From Macrostomum lignano (Eukaryota), in NCBI GenBank assembly GCA_002269645.1, contig NIVC01000042.1, forward strand, positions 186,001 to 250,000: DNA of 64,000 nt. The letters are read 5' to 3'. This document shows positions 25,251-64,000 of this stretch, piece after piece (the first letter of the stretch is position 1; every line of letters begins with the position of its first letter). Position numbers and translations under genes: made by a program. Below the pieces are notes generated by a model. The model was not told where the DNA came from. It was given only the letters and a program-made list of their open reading frames with translations, and searched no databases.

Positions 25251-26929
25251 TACCTGGATTACGGTACATTTACCAAGAGGACGCCGGTCGAGTGGGTCAA
25301 TATTTCAAGCGGCTTAGAGGATTACTGACGGTACATTAAAATTAAAATAATTCTCAATGGTGTACGATGGTCTACGAGTCTAGAAAAAAAGGATTAAAAA
25401 TGCAAAAACAAGAATGCGCAACACTTTAAAACAGGACTATACCAAGGTTCTGAATCTGAGCAGCAATTACATGCATGTAATAATTTTATAAGAATAAGAA
25501 TCGGAAATATTATGCTGTACTTTTACTAATGCCAAGTGTACACGAGTACTCATTTTGTTGTACTCAGCAAAACATTGGCACAGTTACAATGCATGGAACT
25601 TTTATTTCTGTCAATAACAATTGCAATTTATCGCGCAGCTATGGCGTTCTGCATGGATAGCTGCGTTAAGCTCTGTGTGAGATGGTTGAGAGCTCTTCTC
25701 GTGTGCCAGACACACGTACTACCATCTTTCTGAGACCTGCCGCCTCTCTCTCCCCTGAATCGAATGGCGCTGCACATTTAACTGCCGCTTAAATTAAGAA
25801 AAGACCAAGCTGCAGGTGGGCCATTTAAATTGTATATCAGTTAGCTACTCTCTGAATGGTGCCGGAAAGAAGAGCCCAGCTTCAATCTGCTTGAATTGCT
25901 TGCATTTGTAGCTTTCATATCTCCAGCCGAATGCATTGGCATCTCAACAATTAGAGCCTCTGCATCATCGACCGTCCTGTCATAGCTTGCAATCTCTGCT
26001 ATAGGCAGGTTGATTCTCAATTTTGTTTCTACGTACCCCACGTAGCTATGCCCCGTGGTGTTTTCTATCTTCACAAAAAGAGACTCATACTTGTAGACTT
26101 AGTCTTATCTGCATGACAGTCACAATGGAGGCTAAGTTCGAAAAATAGAATCGCAACAAGGGTCATGATATACATATAGAGTCCACGTGCTCATAATGTC
26201 CATTCTTATGATATCCAGAATTGATATACAGAATATGATGCACGGATCGATATTGCCTTTTTCGTGAAATTATGAGGCCAAACTCACACCAAAGTATCTT
26301 AAGTGCACCGAAATAGCTAGTACGTAGAATATCATCGCAATTCGCAACAGCACATATCAGTAGAATACTTTAAAAAAATTCGAGAGACAGGATCACCACA
26401 TATCACCAATTAAGCACTAAAGTTGTTACAGATTGAAATCAATCTTCGCTCAGTTTTTTTACACTTGCGTGAAAAGCTGGAAACTGTCAACTTTATTTTA
26501 ACTTTTAGAACTATAAAATAGACTATAAATTATCTTGACGAAATGACCCGTAAACCCCTTTTCTTAAATTCTGCAATAAATTCAAAGAGTTTAACAGTGG
26601 GCTTTAGTAGTTTTCTAAAATTTTCGACTTTTTAAAAATCATGCTATATGCCTAAATGTTTTAGTTTAACTGACATTTTTGGCAAAAAATTTTTAATAAA
26701 ACTCCAAAAAAGTGCAAAAAACAACGTAATTTGTTTAACTTTTTGAAAAAATTTAGCAATAAATTGAAAATTATTTTCTAGGAAAAATCTTTTGGAACGG
26801 CGCGAAATGCTTAAATTGTTTGCTTTAGGCTCTCAATTTGACTTGCAGCTCCCATTTTAAACACTGCCACCTCGTTGCCTCTGCAACAAGTGAATACTAA
26901 TTTGCATTGTCTCCTGTTTAAGCAAAACA

Positions 26930-53160
<26,231 letters not shown>

Positions 53161-55926
53161 GCACTACTGGACTCGCCCAGCCTACCTCGCTCTCCCCCAG
53201 CCTGGCTGTCCGGCGTGGCTGCTTCTCCTTCTTCTTCACTGACTTTGTTGTGTTTCATGCTTATTAATTTGATATATGCACATTATATCTTTTTATATGC
53301 AAGCCATGGAGCAACGAGTTGCTCTGCTTCTGTCTGCGTGTTCTCTTTTCTTGTTCGGAGCTTTGTGTCAAGACGGAACGGAGCCATCTAGTACGAGGTA
53401 CCTCCCCAGTCTGAGTCATTTTATATTAGATCGCCCTATAAATTGAGTCCTGCCCACATCCCAGAATTCGCACCCGCGTGTTGCACACAGACTAGCAAAG
53501 TTCAGTTTGCATGCGAACTAACTGTGGCATAATATTGGCATAATAGTACTAATATATCAGAACTGTCGCTTATCAGCAATCGGGTGTTTTTGTCGTTTTG
53601 CTATTTTATATCCGACTAGTTAATTTTTCTATGCAGGCCTTTTTTCCACTAATTGTCCTTTATGATTATATACGTATAATGATGCGGCAGTTATGTACGG
53701 CCAATGTTGATTGTATGAACATTTTTGCCTGTTTCGAATCTCAATCAGCGGCTCGTACTTAATCAGTAGAGAATTGCAGCCTGGCTTCACACTTATTAGC
53801 TGGCGGTGTACGTCTATATTTAAAAAAATATCGCTTATTGCTCTTCTTTGCCCTGTCCTCTGTGTTGATTATTGTTCTCTCTGCAAGTTGGCCCTCCAAC
53901 AGTATAGGATAGGAATATATAGCAGTATAGGAATACATTTTTTGCTGCGCCGGGAATTCCAGAACACGGGCTAACTCTTTGTTGCGCACCTTCTCAAACA
54001 AGAAATCAAATCGCCAGCCAGAAGGTGCCGGCGGGGTGATGACGGAATGCTTGAGAGACCAGCTGAGGCTGTCCAGCAGCTTGATCAGAGAAATCAGAGA
54101 AATTCGCAATAGGGTTTCCACAGTCACCTGGTGTCACCTTTTCAATCTCCAGAAGCTCTGCCAGGGGAAACCCAGTGACTAACGAAGTCAGTCACATGTG
54201 GTCGACGTGCAGATGACATTTGGAGGCTTGGCAAGACCTGAGACACAGGGACCAATACACCAATACATGTACGCTTTTGGAAAATAAACCCTACCTGTCA
54301 GAATAGTCTGAGTATCTCAACTTGCCGGAAGGCTGGCAACTTGATTCTTGTTTAAAAAGGTGCGCGACAATAGGTTCGCCGGTGTTCTGGAATTTCGTGT
54401 GTCTGCGTTGCTCCGTTCCGGCGCAGCCGAAAAAAAAATTGTTAGGAGGAATCCTAAGCAATGAATCATTTTTAGAATATAGGAGTTCTATCGATAAATG
54501 ATTTTCTGTGTTAGTACTACGTGTACTGTTTATACTAGTAGAGTTCATTTTAGTCGGCATAAAATGCTAATTTTACTACTGTAAAGTAGACTAGCGCATT
54601 TTTCGCCAGTGAAATTTCGTTATGGAGTTGATTCATCGGGACAGTTCAACTAGTGCACATTATTGTCTATAATTGATTTTATTGTTGCTTACAAGCTATT
54701 ACATTCGCTACTTAATTGGTGTCCTTGTATGCTTGAAATTATTAATTTAAATTGTTAGTTTTCTCAATCTCTAGGTCATTTACAATCTGTATAGAATAAT
54801 ATTACTTATTTTTTCTGCTACATTATTGCTATTGTGGCGCTGCAATCTTATAGATCTCTAACACATTGTGTGTGCAATACGTACCCTAGTTTATTAAGCG
54901 GCACTTTGTATTTTACTGTTTTGCGTGAGGTCGCATTGGTGTATGGCCATGGGCTATTGTTTCACTTGTAATTTAACGATTTTAAGAGGTAATTTTAAAG
55001 CACAAATACTTTAATATACTTTACTTTAATACAATAATTTATCGTTGTATGTGTAAAACTTTCTCACTTATACCGCGTTATTGTAATCCTTCTGCGTAAA
55101 AGTTTATATAAGTAAAGTAAATAAGTGTTTCTCTGCACTTCTTGTTTTGCTTGTAAAATTTCGCGCAATTTAATAATATAGTTAGAGCAACTAAATAAAA
55201 GATACGCTATCTATTATAACTTTATTAAATTATCTACATTCCCCAGAATCGTACTGAAGTAGTCTTTTCGGCTTCTTTTAAATATTGCAAGTCATCATAC
55301 ACACTATTTTATACAGGTTTTTTCGACAAAATAATTAAAGGCCCAAGGTTCGATAAGAGCCATAACAAATGGAGTATAATTTTACAGTAGTCCTTGCGTC
55401 TACATCTACTCATGTTGGCTTTCCAATGCTCGAATTTTTTGTTAACCGCTCAAAGACTTCGGAAGCACTTACGTATATGTATGTGCATGCACTTACAAAC
55501 ATAGTCCTAGATCAAACTTATTGGCAGACAATATGCAAGAGATAAAAAAACTTTCCTCTATATACAATCAAAGAGGTTCATAAACTAGCCATCAGGTATT
55601 AAATGAAACGCGATCAAAGCCAAGGAAGGGAGACTTCTAGAGTCGTTTTTGCATGAATACATTACTGGCCTGACTAATATGTTATAAATTTTTTGTAGCT
55701 TTTAAATATTTTAAGGGCATACAAATATATAAAAATAGATCATTTTGCTAAAATAAATAAAAGGTTTACAGCAGATAAAGATTAAAATAACCTCATTTGT
55801 TATAGCCTTATGAAGTTTAGAAACTTAAATTCAGAATTAGCAAGTTTTGCGTTTTACAGCGTCGTACAATCGTCCACGGTATCGTTGTATCTTCGTATCT
55901 TTGTTTGATCAATTGACAATTAAATT

Positions 55927-58701
55927 ATGGCCGAATATGACCTAACAAAGACTTTAAGTGCTTATCTAGATCGAAATTTGGCATCAACATTTCTTGAATT
56001 TTTGGAAACGCAGGATGTAAGTTGATAAATCTAATCAATTTAAAAAAAAAAAAAATTTCAATTGGTTGCCTACTAGTACTGATTTTTGTCATTTATTCTA
56101 AGTTTTAAGCGATTTCATATTTTTAATGTTAATAACAATGTATTAAATTGTTGAGTTGCAATGTGAAAAATGTATAAGTCATTTTACGCCTAGGCTAAGG
56201 GACAAGGTAAATACAAAAAATGTTAATAGCCAATGTGCCCTTGGCTTAATAAATAAGAAATTTATTCCTAAGATTTAGATTTAGATTGAGTAATTTGCTA
56301 GGTGTTGGTAAACTCATATTTAACTGGCCTAGCTGGCCTTTGCTAGTATGATATCCACACTTTTTGGTGCCTATGCATTTTGGTGCCTAGCATTTCAGTG
56401 CCCCAGTTTGCTTTTGGTGCCTGAATTATAAATTAGAATTTGACACAAAAATATAGACAATGAGTCTTAATTTAGCCGTAAGTGCTTTGCCTTTGCAATA
56501 TTTCTTTACTTAAAAAAATTAAAGTATTATTTAGTTTGTTAAGCTGACCTAATTAAAGCTAAAAAAATAATTTTAAAAAGTAGTTTCATTTATTTATTGT
56601 CTCCCAATTTGATTTCTTAGAAAATAAAATATAAACTTGTATGATTCAAAAATCAATACTAAAGTAAACTAGGCCCCTAGTCATATTGAATTCAATAAAA
56701 ACTATCTATAGCATCATTCTATAAACATAGTCAGGAAGATGACCTTTTTCATCAAAAATTCTGGTACAAAAAGGGTTGGATGTGCACCACACTAGCACAT
56801 TCCAGTCTAACAGTAGGCAAGAAAGAAAAATCTGGGGCAGTATGGTGCAATATAAAAATGGTATAATTTGATATAATACAAGACAAAAGTGGCATTCTTT
56901 CGTTTTAGAAGACCCTCTATGTATCAAGTAGGAAACTGGCAGTTTCGAAAAAGAAGACCCGCCTAAAACATAGGAAGCTGCTCACATATTGTTGTCTATT
57001 ATTTTGTTTGTTTATTCTTAATGGCTTAATTCTCTAATTCTCTAATTCTCTAATTATCTTAATTCTTAATTCTTTCTTACTTTTGTTTCACGAGACCCAC
57101 AAGCAATATTCCTATTTTGCGGTCTTCTAAAACAAAAGTGTATATACACAGTGACCTCATGGCACTAGTGTATTATAGTTTGACAGGCTGGGTATGAGAT
57201 TGGTAAAATAAACGCTTGCGATTACAGTATAACAACTTTGTGTAGAATTAACTTTTGCTATACTTTTATTTTGTTAGTGAATGCTCGTTTTTTTATTGAT
57301 TTCTTCCCTTTTTCCATGGGTCTTCCATTATGAAGGTCACATATTTTTGGGTCTTCTATAACAAAAAAATGCCATAAAAATTTTCAATGAGACAATATTT
57401 TCTAAAATAGAAAATTAACACATAATTTCATTTTATAACATGCCAGCTTAACAAAATGGATACTGCTTTTATTAAGAATATTAAATGTTTTGAAAATTAT
57501 TTATTATATTTGTTATAGGATCACTTTTTTATTCTCATTTTGGTATCATAAACTGGGGTACCAAAAAGCAATTAGGCACCAAAATATAGGGTACCAAAAT
57601 GTATGAGCACCAAAATACATAGAAACCACTAGTATAGACTTAGAGGCTATTCATCAACTAGTAGATTTGTTAACATAATGTAGTATATGCAGCTATTTAA
57701 CTTAACTTTTAAACTTTAAGTATATATATAATATATGATTGCTAATGAATGTTTAATATATAAGCAGTTGGTGATACAAAATTATTTATATATTAAACAA
57801 GACATAGCATAATTGTAAAAATTATTTAAATTGTTTTTAAGACATGCAGTCTAGGATTTATACTATTACAAGCTGTTGAAACCCGCGGATTTTGAACCCG
57901 GGGAATTCTAATCCCCGGAACTACTTTTGCATGTATTCTGAAATCTAAGGCCATACACAAACAAATTAATAGTAGGATAGAGGTAGACATAAAATGGAGC
58001 ACATTCGTGTAAAATTAGGGTTTGAGGCAAACGTTGATATTGTTTGCTGGGGTACTCCACAGAATGCCAGGCAATGTCTGTCTGACTCTAAAACATGTAT
58101 TGGCAAACTCTGGCCTCTCCCTGACTCTCCCTATGTCCCTTGGATCCTTTAAAATTTCTATCGTCTCTTTCCTTTCTTCTCTCTCATCCCTCGTCTCTCC
58201 TCTCTCCTCTCTCTTCTCTCCTCTCTCCTCTCTTCTATTGTATCTTCCCTCATCTCTCTTCTGTTTCATCTCTCTTCCCTATTCTTTTCTCTCTCCTCTC
58301 CTCTCTCCTTTCTACTTTTCGTTTTCTCTCTGCTCTCCTCTCTCCTCTCTACTCTTTCGTTTTCTCCCTCCTCTCCTCTCTCCTCTCTCCCCCTCTTCTC
58401 TCGTCTCTTCCTTCTCCTCTCTATTCTTTTCTCTCTTCTCTTAACTCTCTCCTCTACTCTCTTATCTCTCCTCTCTACTCTTTCCTCTCTCTCTCCTCTC
58501 TCCCCTCTTCTCTCGTCTCTTCCCTCACCTCTTTCCTCTCTCTCTCTCTTTCCTCTCATCTCTTTTCTTGTTTTATATCTTCTCCCTCCCCTCGTCGCTC
58601 GTCTCTTCCCTCACCTCTCTTCTCTCTCGTCTGCTCTTTCATCTCTCCTTTCTCTTCTTTTATCTTTTCTCTCTTATCTCTTCTCGTTTCTATCTGCTCT
58701 G

Positions 58702-58774
<73 letters not shown>

Positions 58775-60762
58775 ATCTCTCTTCTCCTCTTTACTCTCTC
58801 CCCTCTTCATTCTCCTAATTCCTCTTCTCTCTCCCTGTCTCTCCTCTCTCCTCTAGTCTCTGTAATCTCTTCTCTCTTATCTCTCCTCTGTTCTCTGTAC
58901 TCTCCCATCTCTCGTCTGTTCATCTGCTCTCTCATCTGTCATCTTTACTCTCTTATACGTTCTCTCACTTATCTCCTCTGTACTCTTCTCTTTCACCTCT
59001 TCTGACTCCTCTCTTTCCTTACTCCTCTCTTCTTTTCTCTTCCCTCTTCTATACTCTCTCTCTCCTCTATTATCTTCTCTCGTCTCTCTGCACTCTCCTC
59101 TCACCTTTTTCATCTCTCATCTCTTCTTTCATCTGTCTCATCTCTACAATCTCATCTTTTTCCTCTCTCCTCCTCTTCCCTTTACTCTCTCATCTCTCCT
59201 TTCTCCCATCTTCTTATACCCCTCTCTTATCTCTATCTCTTCTCTTCTCACCCCTTCTCTCCCCCTCTTATCTCCTCTCTTTTCTATCCTTTCTACTCTC
59301 TCCTCTCCTCTTGACCCTCTGTCATCTTCTTTCTGCTCTCTCATCTCTACTCTCTTCTCACTCTTCTCTACTCTCCTCTCATCGATCCTCTGTCTCATCT
59401 CTCCCCTCTTCTCACCTTTACTCTTTCCTCTCCCTCCTTTCTCCCCTCCTCTCGCTTCTTCCTCCCTTCTTCTCTGCTCTCTCCTCACCACTTGTCTCTC
59501 CTCTTATATTCCATGTTTTCTCATACCCCCCTCTCGCCTCTCCTCTCTTCTAATAGTCTATTCCTTCATCCTTCTCCTTTCCACTCTCGTCTCATCTGGC
59601 CCGCACATAAGCTGGATACTGGATTCTTTATCTGGCTTTTGAAGTAAAAGTCTGCCCATTCCTGCTTGGAAAGCCAGTTTGTGGGACGTAGTACTCTCAT
59701 GGCTGTTCTCATGCTTTGATCATGTCATCTACTCATCTTTCTTGCCAATTTGCAGTCCTGAAAGGAATTTGTGTATTTTCAGCTTTACTGCAGTCTGCAT
59801 CAGTCTAACAACAAAGGAAATACGCATTTCTTAGGAGGACATTTAAAATTCAAAGTACTTTTAAGAGAAACCTAAAATTTCCATGGTGTGACTAATTTAG
59901 TAGGGTTGTATTGCATTGCATCGCCTTTTCATAAATCTTTCGCTTTTACAAACCATGCTGGATTCCCTCGATTTGCCATCCACTGTTAAACTGCTGCAGA
60001 GTTTGCCAATACAGACGACAGTGGTTAGAATTTCTCACTAAACTGTCATGGCTAAACGTAGCCTTTCCACGCGCGGGGGTACAGAGAAGGCTATTAAAAA
60101 GTTATTCCAAAACACTGTACATTTGCTATGTACATTCAGCCCTATCGCCTGACCCTTCGTCTGGGCTGGGGGAATGAGTGAGTGAGTGGCACAAACAACA
60201 GAAAAAGCAGACAAACTTCACATGCTTACAGTTTCTTTTTCGGTTGAGTTACAGAGTTGAAACTTTACATTTAGATAGAGAATGAGTCAATAAAGAATTG
60301 TGTCAAGTTTGAAGCCAATCACTTCACGTGGAGCAAACTTATGGCAGCTGAAAGTTAGTCAATTTTGAAACCCCTTTTACACATCTGGGCCCAGATCGGG
60401 AAAGAGAGGCGGGCGGAGGTTGGGGTGGTTGCTACGCTGAAAAAAACAGCCTAATTTTAAAAGTGCACAGCACCGCTCAGGATTAACTTTGAGACTCGAA
60501 ATTTCACATAATTGTGCCAAAATAGTTGAAGATTGTCTGCGTCAAATTTGAAGAGAATCGGTAAAAGTGGAGCGGCGCTATGGAGGATTTAGTGAAAAAA
60601 TCGCGCATTTTGAGCAGTTTTTTGTACTTTTAGGTAGGAAGACTTGAGTCTAAGTAATTTAAAGGTAGCCTAAGACATTCTCCGTAGTAAGTTTAGGGTG
60701 GGTGTAAAGTTTGGTGTAATTTGGTTGAGCGGTTTGGGAGTCCATAGCGAAGTAATTTGTCC

Positions 60763-60795
<33 letters not shown>

Positions 60796-63471
60796 GTTTT
60801 GATTTTTATAGGTAGAGATATATATATATTATAAGGCCTAATATTTAGACATTTGAAAGGCATATAAATATATAGTTAGAGCAAACTCTGATCTATATTT
60901 GAAGAGGCATTAACTTGAAATTGAAATTATAATAGCTATCACAAAGCAAAAGGGTATTTTGCTTAGAACAAAAATGACTTTTGCTTTACACCAAATTGCC
61001 AAAAGGACTCACATTGAAATGTCTTGTTATTGAAGTAAAAAGCTGTTTGCTTCCCAGTTTAGGAACAGTCAGGTCAATAGGACAGTCAGGTTTAGGACAG
61101 TTAGGTTTAGGATTAGGTTAGGACAGTTAGGATAGTTTAGGTTTAGGACAGTTAGGTTTAGGACCTGACTTTAGGACAGTCAAGGTCAATAGCAGAGAAC
61201 TCAATGTACATAAATAGAGAACAGGTGTTCAATCTCAGACTTGCAGAAAACTTAAACTCGGAAGATCAAAAACTCCTTGATGGAAATAAGAGAGAAAGGG
61301 TCCTATTTATAGCATGGGATTCAACTCTGCCCATGGATGCACAAGACCTTGTGACTCCCAGAAAATAGGACTAGGACTAGGACTTTTGGTTAGGACTCCA
61401 AAAAGTAAGGCCTATCATGTGACTTGCTCACATGACAGGGGAAAGAGAGACTAGAGTGAACCAAGAACAGACCACAGCAGAGAAGCTGAGGGCTAAGAAT
61501 AGAGGTGCAGAAAACAGACAAAATGGAAAAGGGAACAGCAAGCAGGCAGACAAAAGGGACAGGAAGCTGACCAGCAGCAAATAGCAACCCAGGGCGAGGG
61601 TGAAGGCAAGGGCAACTGCTGACAAGGGGGACGCCTAACACTAAACTAGCAGATCACTACATAATTGAAACAATTATAATCTTTAAAAAATCAATATAAA
61701 GAAATGAAAAAATAAGTGTCTACAAGTATTTCATTTGACATTTATTAGACTATTTAAATTCAAATATATATAATCTATTAATAATAAAAATAGGCTTAAT
61801 TGACAATTATTGCACTATTATGTTAGAGATTAAAATAAGCTTAAACTATATAACCATATGTCTTTCATTTCCAAATGCTTAGATTTTAAGACTGGTAATT
61901 AGTAGTCCCTAAATATATAGGCCTTGATAATTCTGCATTGATATATATGTCCCACACTTGAGTTGTTAGCTGTTTAGGAGATAAATATTAAACTTAGCTA
62001 GCTAGTCATCTAGCCTATCTATTTCTTATATCTCTATCTTGTATCTTATTCTTAGCAAACTAAAAATTTGTTTAAAAATAAAAAAATCTATGAAGGAATG
62101 AAAAAACTTTAGTTTTAACTTGAAAACAAATCAATTTGGCATACTTGCAAATTGAAATGCTTGTGGAAATAGCATTTTTAGGTATTCTATGTATATATAG
62201 TCTTCATTTTTAGTTTGAGGTTATTCTAATTTCCTAGAATCTATTTACTTAAATGAATCAATAAATTTACTTAAATTAAAAGCAATTGAAATAGCAAGAT
62301 TTTGTCAAGTATTACTTGAGAATCTATAATTCCTAGAAATACCAACAAAATGAAAGAATATAATATTTAGTGCAAAAAATCTAAGACAATAGAGCAAGGT
62401 TGGAGTTTGAAATTAAAAACTACCAAATTTTCATTCTACTTAACTACTCAACAATACTTGACTTGATTGATTACTTGGCCAAAACCCCCAAAGTTTTGTC
62501 AAGTACTTGACTTGACCAAAACCTGAGTTTTTTCATGGTCTAATGTAAACAATTTGTATTATGTGTCAAATATGTTTATTCCTTTAGTTTTCTAAATTTA
62601 TCAATATTTATCTTTTATATGATATTTGTGATCAATAAGCAATGATTTACAAATAAAAATTTGCATCAATATTAAGTACTATAAAAAGCTTTGCCTAGAT
62701 TGTAGCCTAACTTGTCATGAAGTATCTTTCCTTTTGGACAATATGACGTTAGAATTCATTCATAAGAGTTCAACAGTTTGCAGGCATAAGAGAATATAAA
62801 ATATCTTTATAACTGGGGTCTGTCTAAGACTTATAAAACAGTATATTATTATATAGAATCAACTAAAATTAATAGAATTCAGAACCAATTTGAGCCAATA
62901 GGGGTTTTTGTGATTTAACTTTGATACACAAATTTCAACCACAGTTTGTACTAATGAGTAATTTTTTGCCAAACAGCTCTCTTATTGTTGCTACCCAACC
63001 TAGATCTACCCGCGCGATGACATTCTGCAAGCCAAGCTGGACCTGTTGGAGAAAACCAACATGGTTGATTACATTATCGAGACCTATTTGACCCTTCACG
63101 GCCTCGATGACGACGCCGATGTGCCCGAAGAGTATCAACAGAAGCGCGCGGCCGTCCTAGAACAATTGGAAGATTTCCGCGAAAAAGAAGAAGTTCTTGT
63201 CCGGATTTTCAACGCCGAGAACATGAACAAGCTGCGCTCGGAGAAGGACCACACTAAGCTGATTGAAACCCTTGCTGCTCAGTTTGGCTACAAGCCCGAA
63301 ATGCTTGATGACATGTACGAATTGTCTCGGCTGAAGTACAGCATTGGCAACTACAATCAGGCCAAGGGCTTCCTGTCCGTGTTCAGGATGCTGGCGCCGG
63401 CCAGCGATCCTCGCGTCTCGTCGGCCATGTGGGGCCTGCTGGCGTGCGAGATTCTTAACGACAATTTCAAG
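55927..63471 (+). CDS. eif3e: Eukaryotic translation initiation factor 3 subunit E, first two coding exons (55927-56016, 63004-63471); gene continues past the window
   Basis: MAEYDLTKTLSAYLDRNLASTFLEFL|IYPRDDILQAKLDLLEKTNMVDY..KRAAVLEQL..GY..YSIGNY..SAMWGLLACEIL; GT-AG, phase 0. Confidence 0.88.
56360..57620. mobile_element. Nested inverted-repeat (MITE-like) remnants in eIF3e intron 1
   Basis: Repeated ttttggtgcc (56360-56430) vs ggcaccaaaa (57555-57615); inner tggcatt..ttttagaagaccc (about 56890-56915) vs gggtcttctataac..aatgcca (about 57349-57375). Confidence 0.55.
58150..59600 (+). repeat. CT-rich low-complexity tract including (TC)n at about 58706-58772
   Basis: Direct reading. Confidence 0.95.
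60383..60819 (+). mobile_element. Possible non-autonomous Helitron/Helentron-like repeat with (ACAG)n
   Basis: 5' palindrome atctgggcccagat; 3' (acag)n then tttttataggtagagat, an arrangement typical of invertebrate rolling-circle derivatives. Confidence 0.4.
61025..61640 (-). mobile_element. Possible solo LTR
   Basis: tgtta..taaca ends; ctataaatagg TATA-like box on the minus strand (about 61301-61311); no target-site duplication found. Confidence 0.3.
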
Positions 63472-63517
63472 GTACGGCATTTTCTAGTTATAGTAAAGAA
63501 AAAAAAAATTAAAAGGG

Positions 63518-63795
63518 GTCAGAGCGTCGGACTCGCGACTTGAGGCCGGGGGTTCGATTCCCGATCCCACTAGGAACAATTTGTGTCCTTGAGCAAGACA
63601 CTTAACTCTGCATTGCTTCAGTTCCCCAGCTGTAAAATGGGTTCCAGCATTAGCTGGGGTAATTGAAGGTGTGTGTGGCGACCCCCAGCCCTTGGACTGA
63701 ACAGCCGTACGCAGCCTTCAGATGCGCCGCGCAATAGCTGCGGCTGAGCTTTCGGTTGCACATCTGGTGCAGTCGGGCAGGTGAAATCAATTATT
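63518..63795 (+). mobile_element. CORE-like tRNA SINE family A, copy 3
   Basis: ggttcgattccc B-box; CORE-like tgtgtccttgagcaagacacttaactc..ctgtaaaatggg; 3' body matches 17170-17322. Confidence 0.85.
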
Positions 63796-64000
63796 ACTAT
63801 TAATATTCTTAGTAATATTAAAATTAAAGTATTAATTTTATTCTGCGGATTCTTACTCTCCTTTATTTTGAGTTTTTTGGCATTTTTCTGCTCGTTAATT
63901 TCCCCTAAACTCCCCTAATGTCAGTCTCGTTCTGGAATTTCTATCCTAATTCCATTTTGATTTTGGGAATTTTTCTTGCGATCTTTTTTGAGACTATTTT

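Noticed and set aside
25840-26080. Possible hAT dimerisation-domain remnant (WCRKEEPSFNLLELLAF..)
   Set aside because: Too short and weak; no ERxFS motif or other transposase fragments.

Overview
Eukaryotic, repeat-rich genomic DNA, most likely from a flatworm. The two EF-hand + dynein-light-chain (TAL-like) genes point to Platyhelminthes; a free-living Macrostomum-like host is my inference only. Host genes: two tandem 4-exon TAL-like genes (- strand, 8.2-9.0 kb and 14.7-15.5 kb); a syntaxin-1 gene (+, 26.9-53.2 kb) with a candidate mutually exclusive pair of 109-nt exons and two alternative transmembrane terminal exons; and the first two coding exons of a divergent eIF3e (+, 55.9-63.5 kb). 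The first 8 kb holds a cluster of Crypton-type tyrosine-recombinase elements: one intact 494-aa ORF between inverted end motifs, one pseudogene and one orphan end. A matching non-autonomous element sits inside the syntaxin gene. The rest is LINE remnants (RNase H-bearing and RTE-like), two tRNA-derived SINE families (one CORE-like), MITE/foldback elements and many mini- and microsatellites. Exon coordinates were read by hand from GT-AG sites and phase, with no transcript data.
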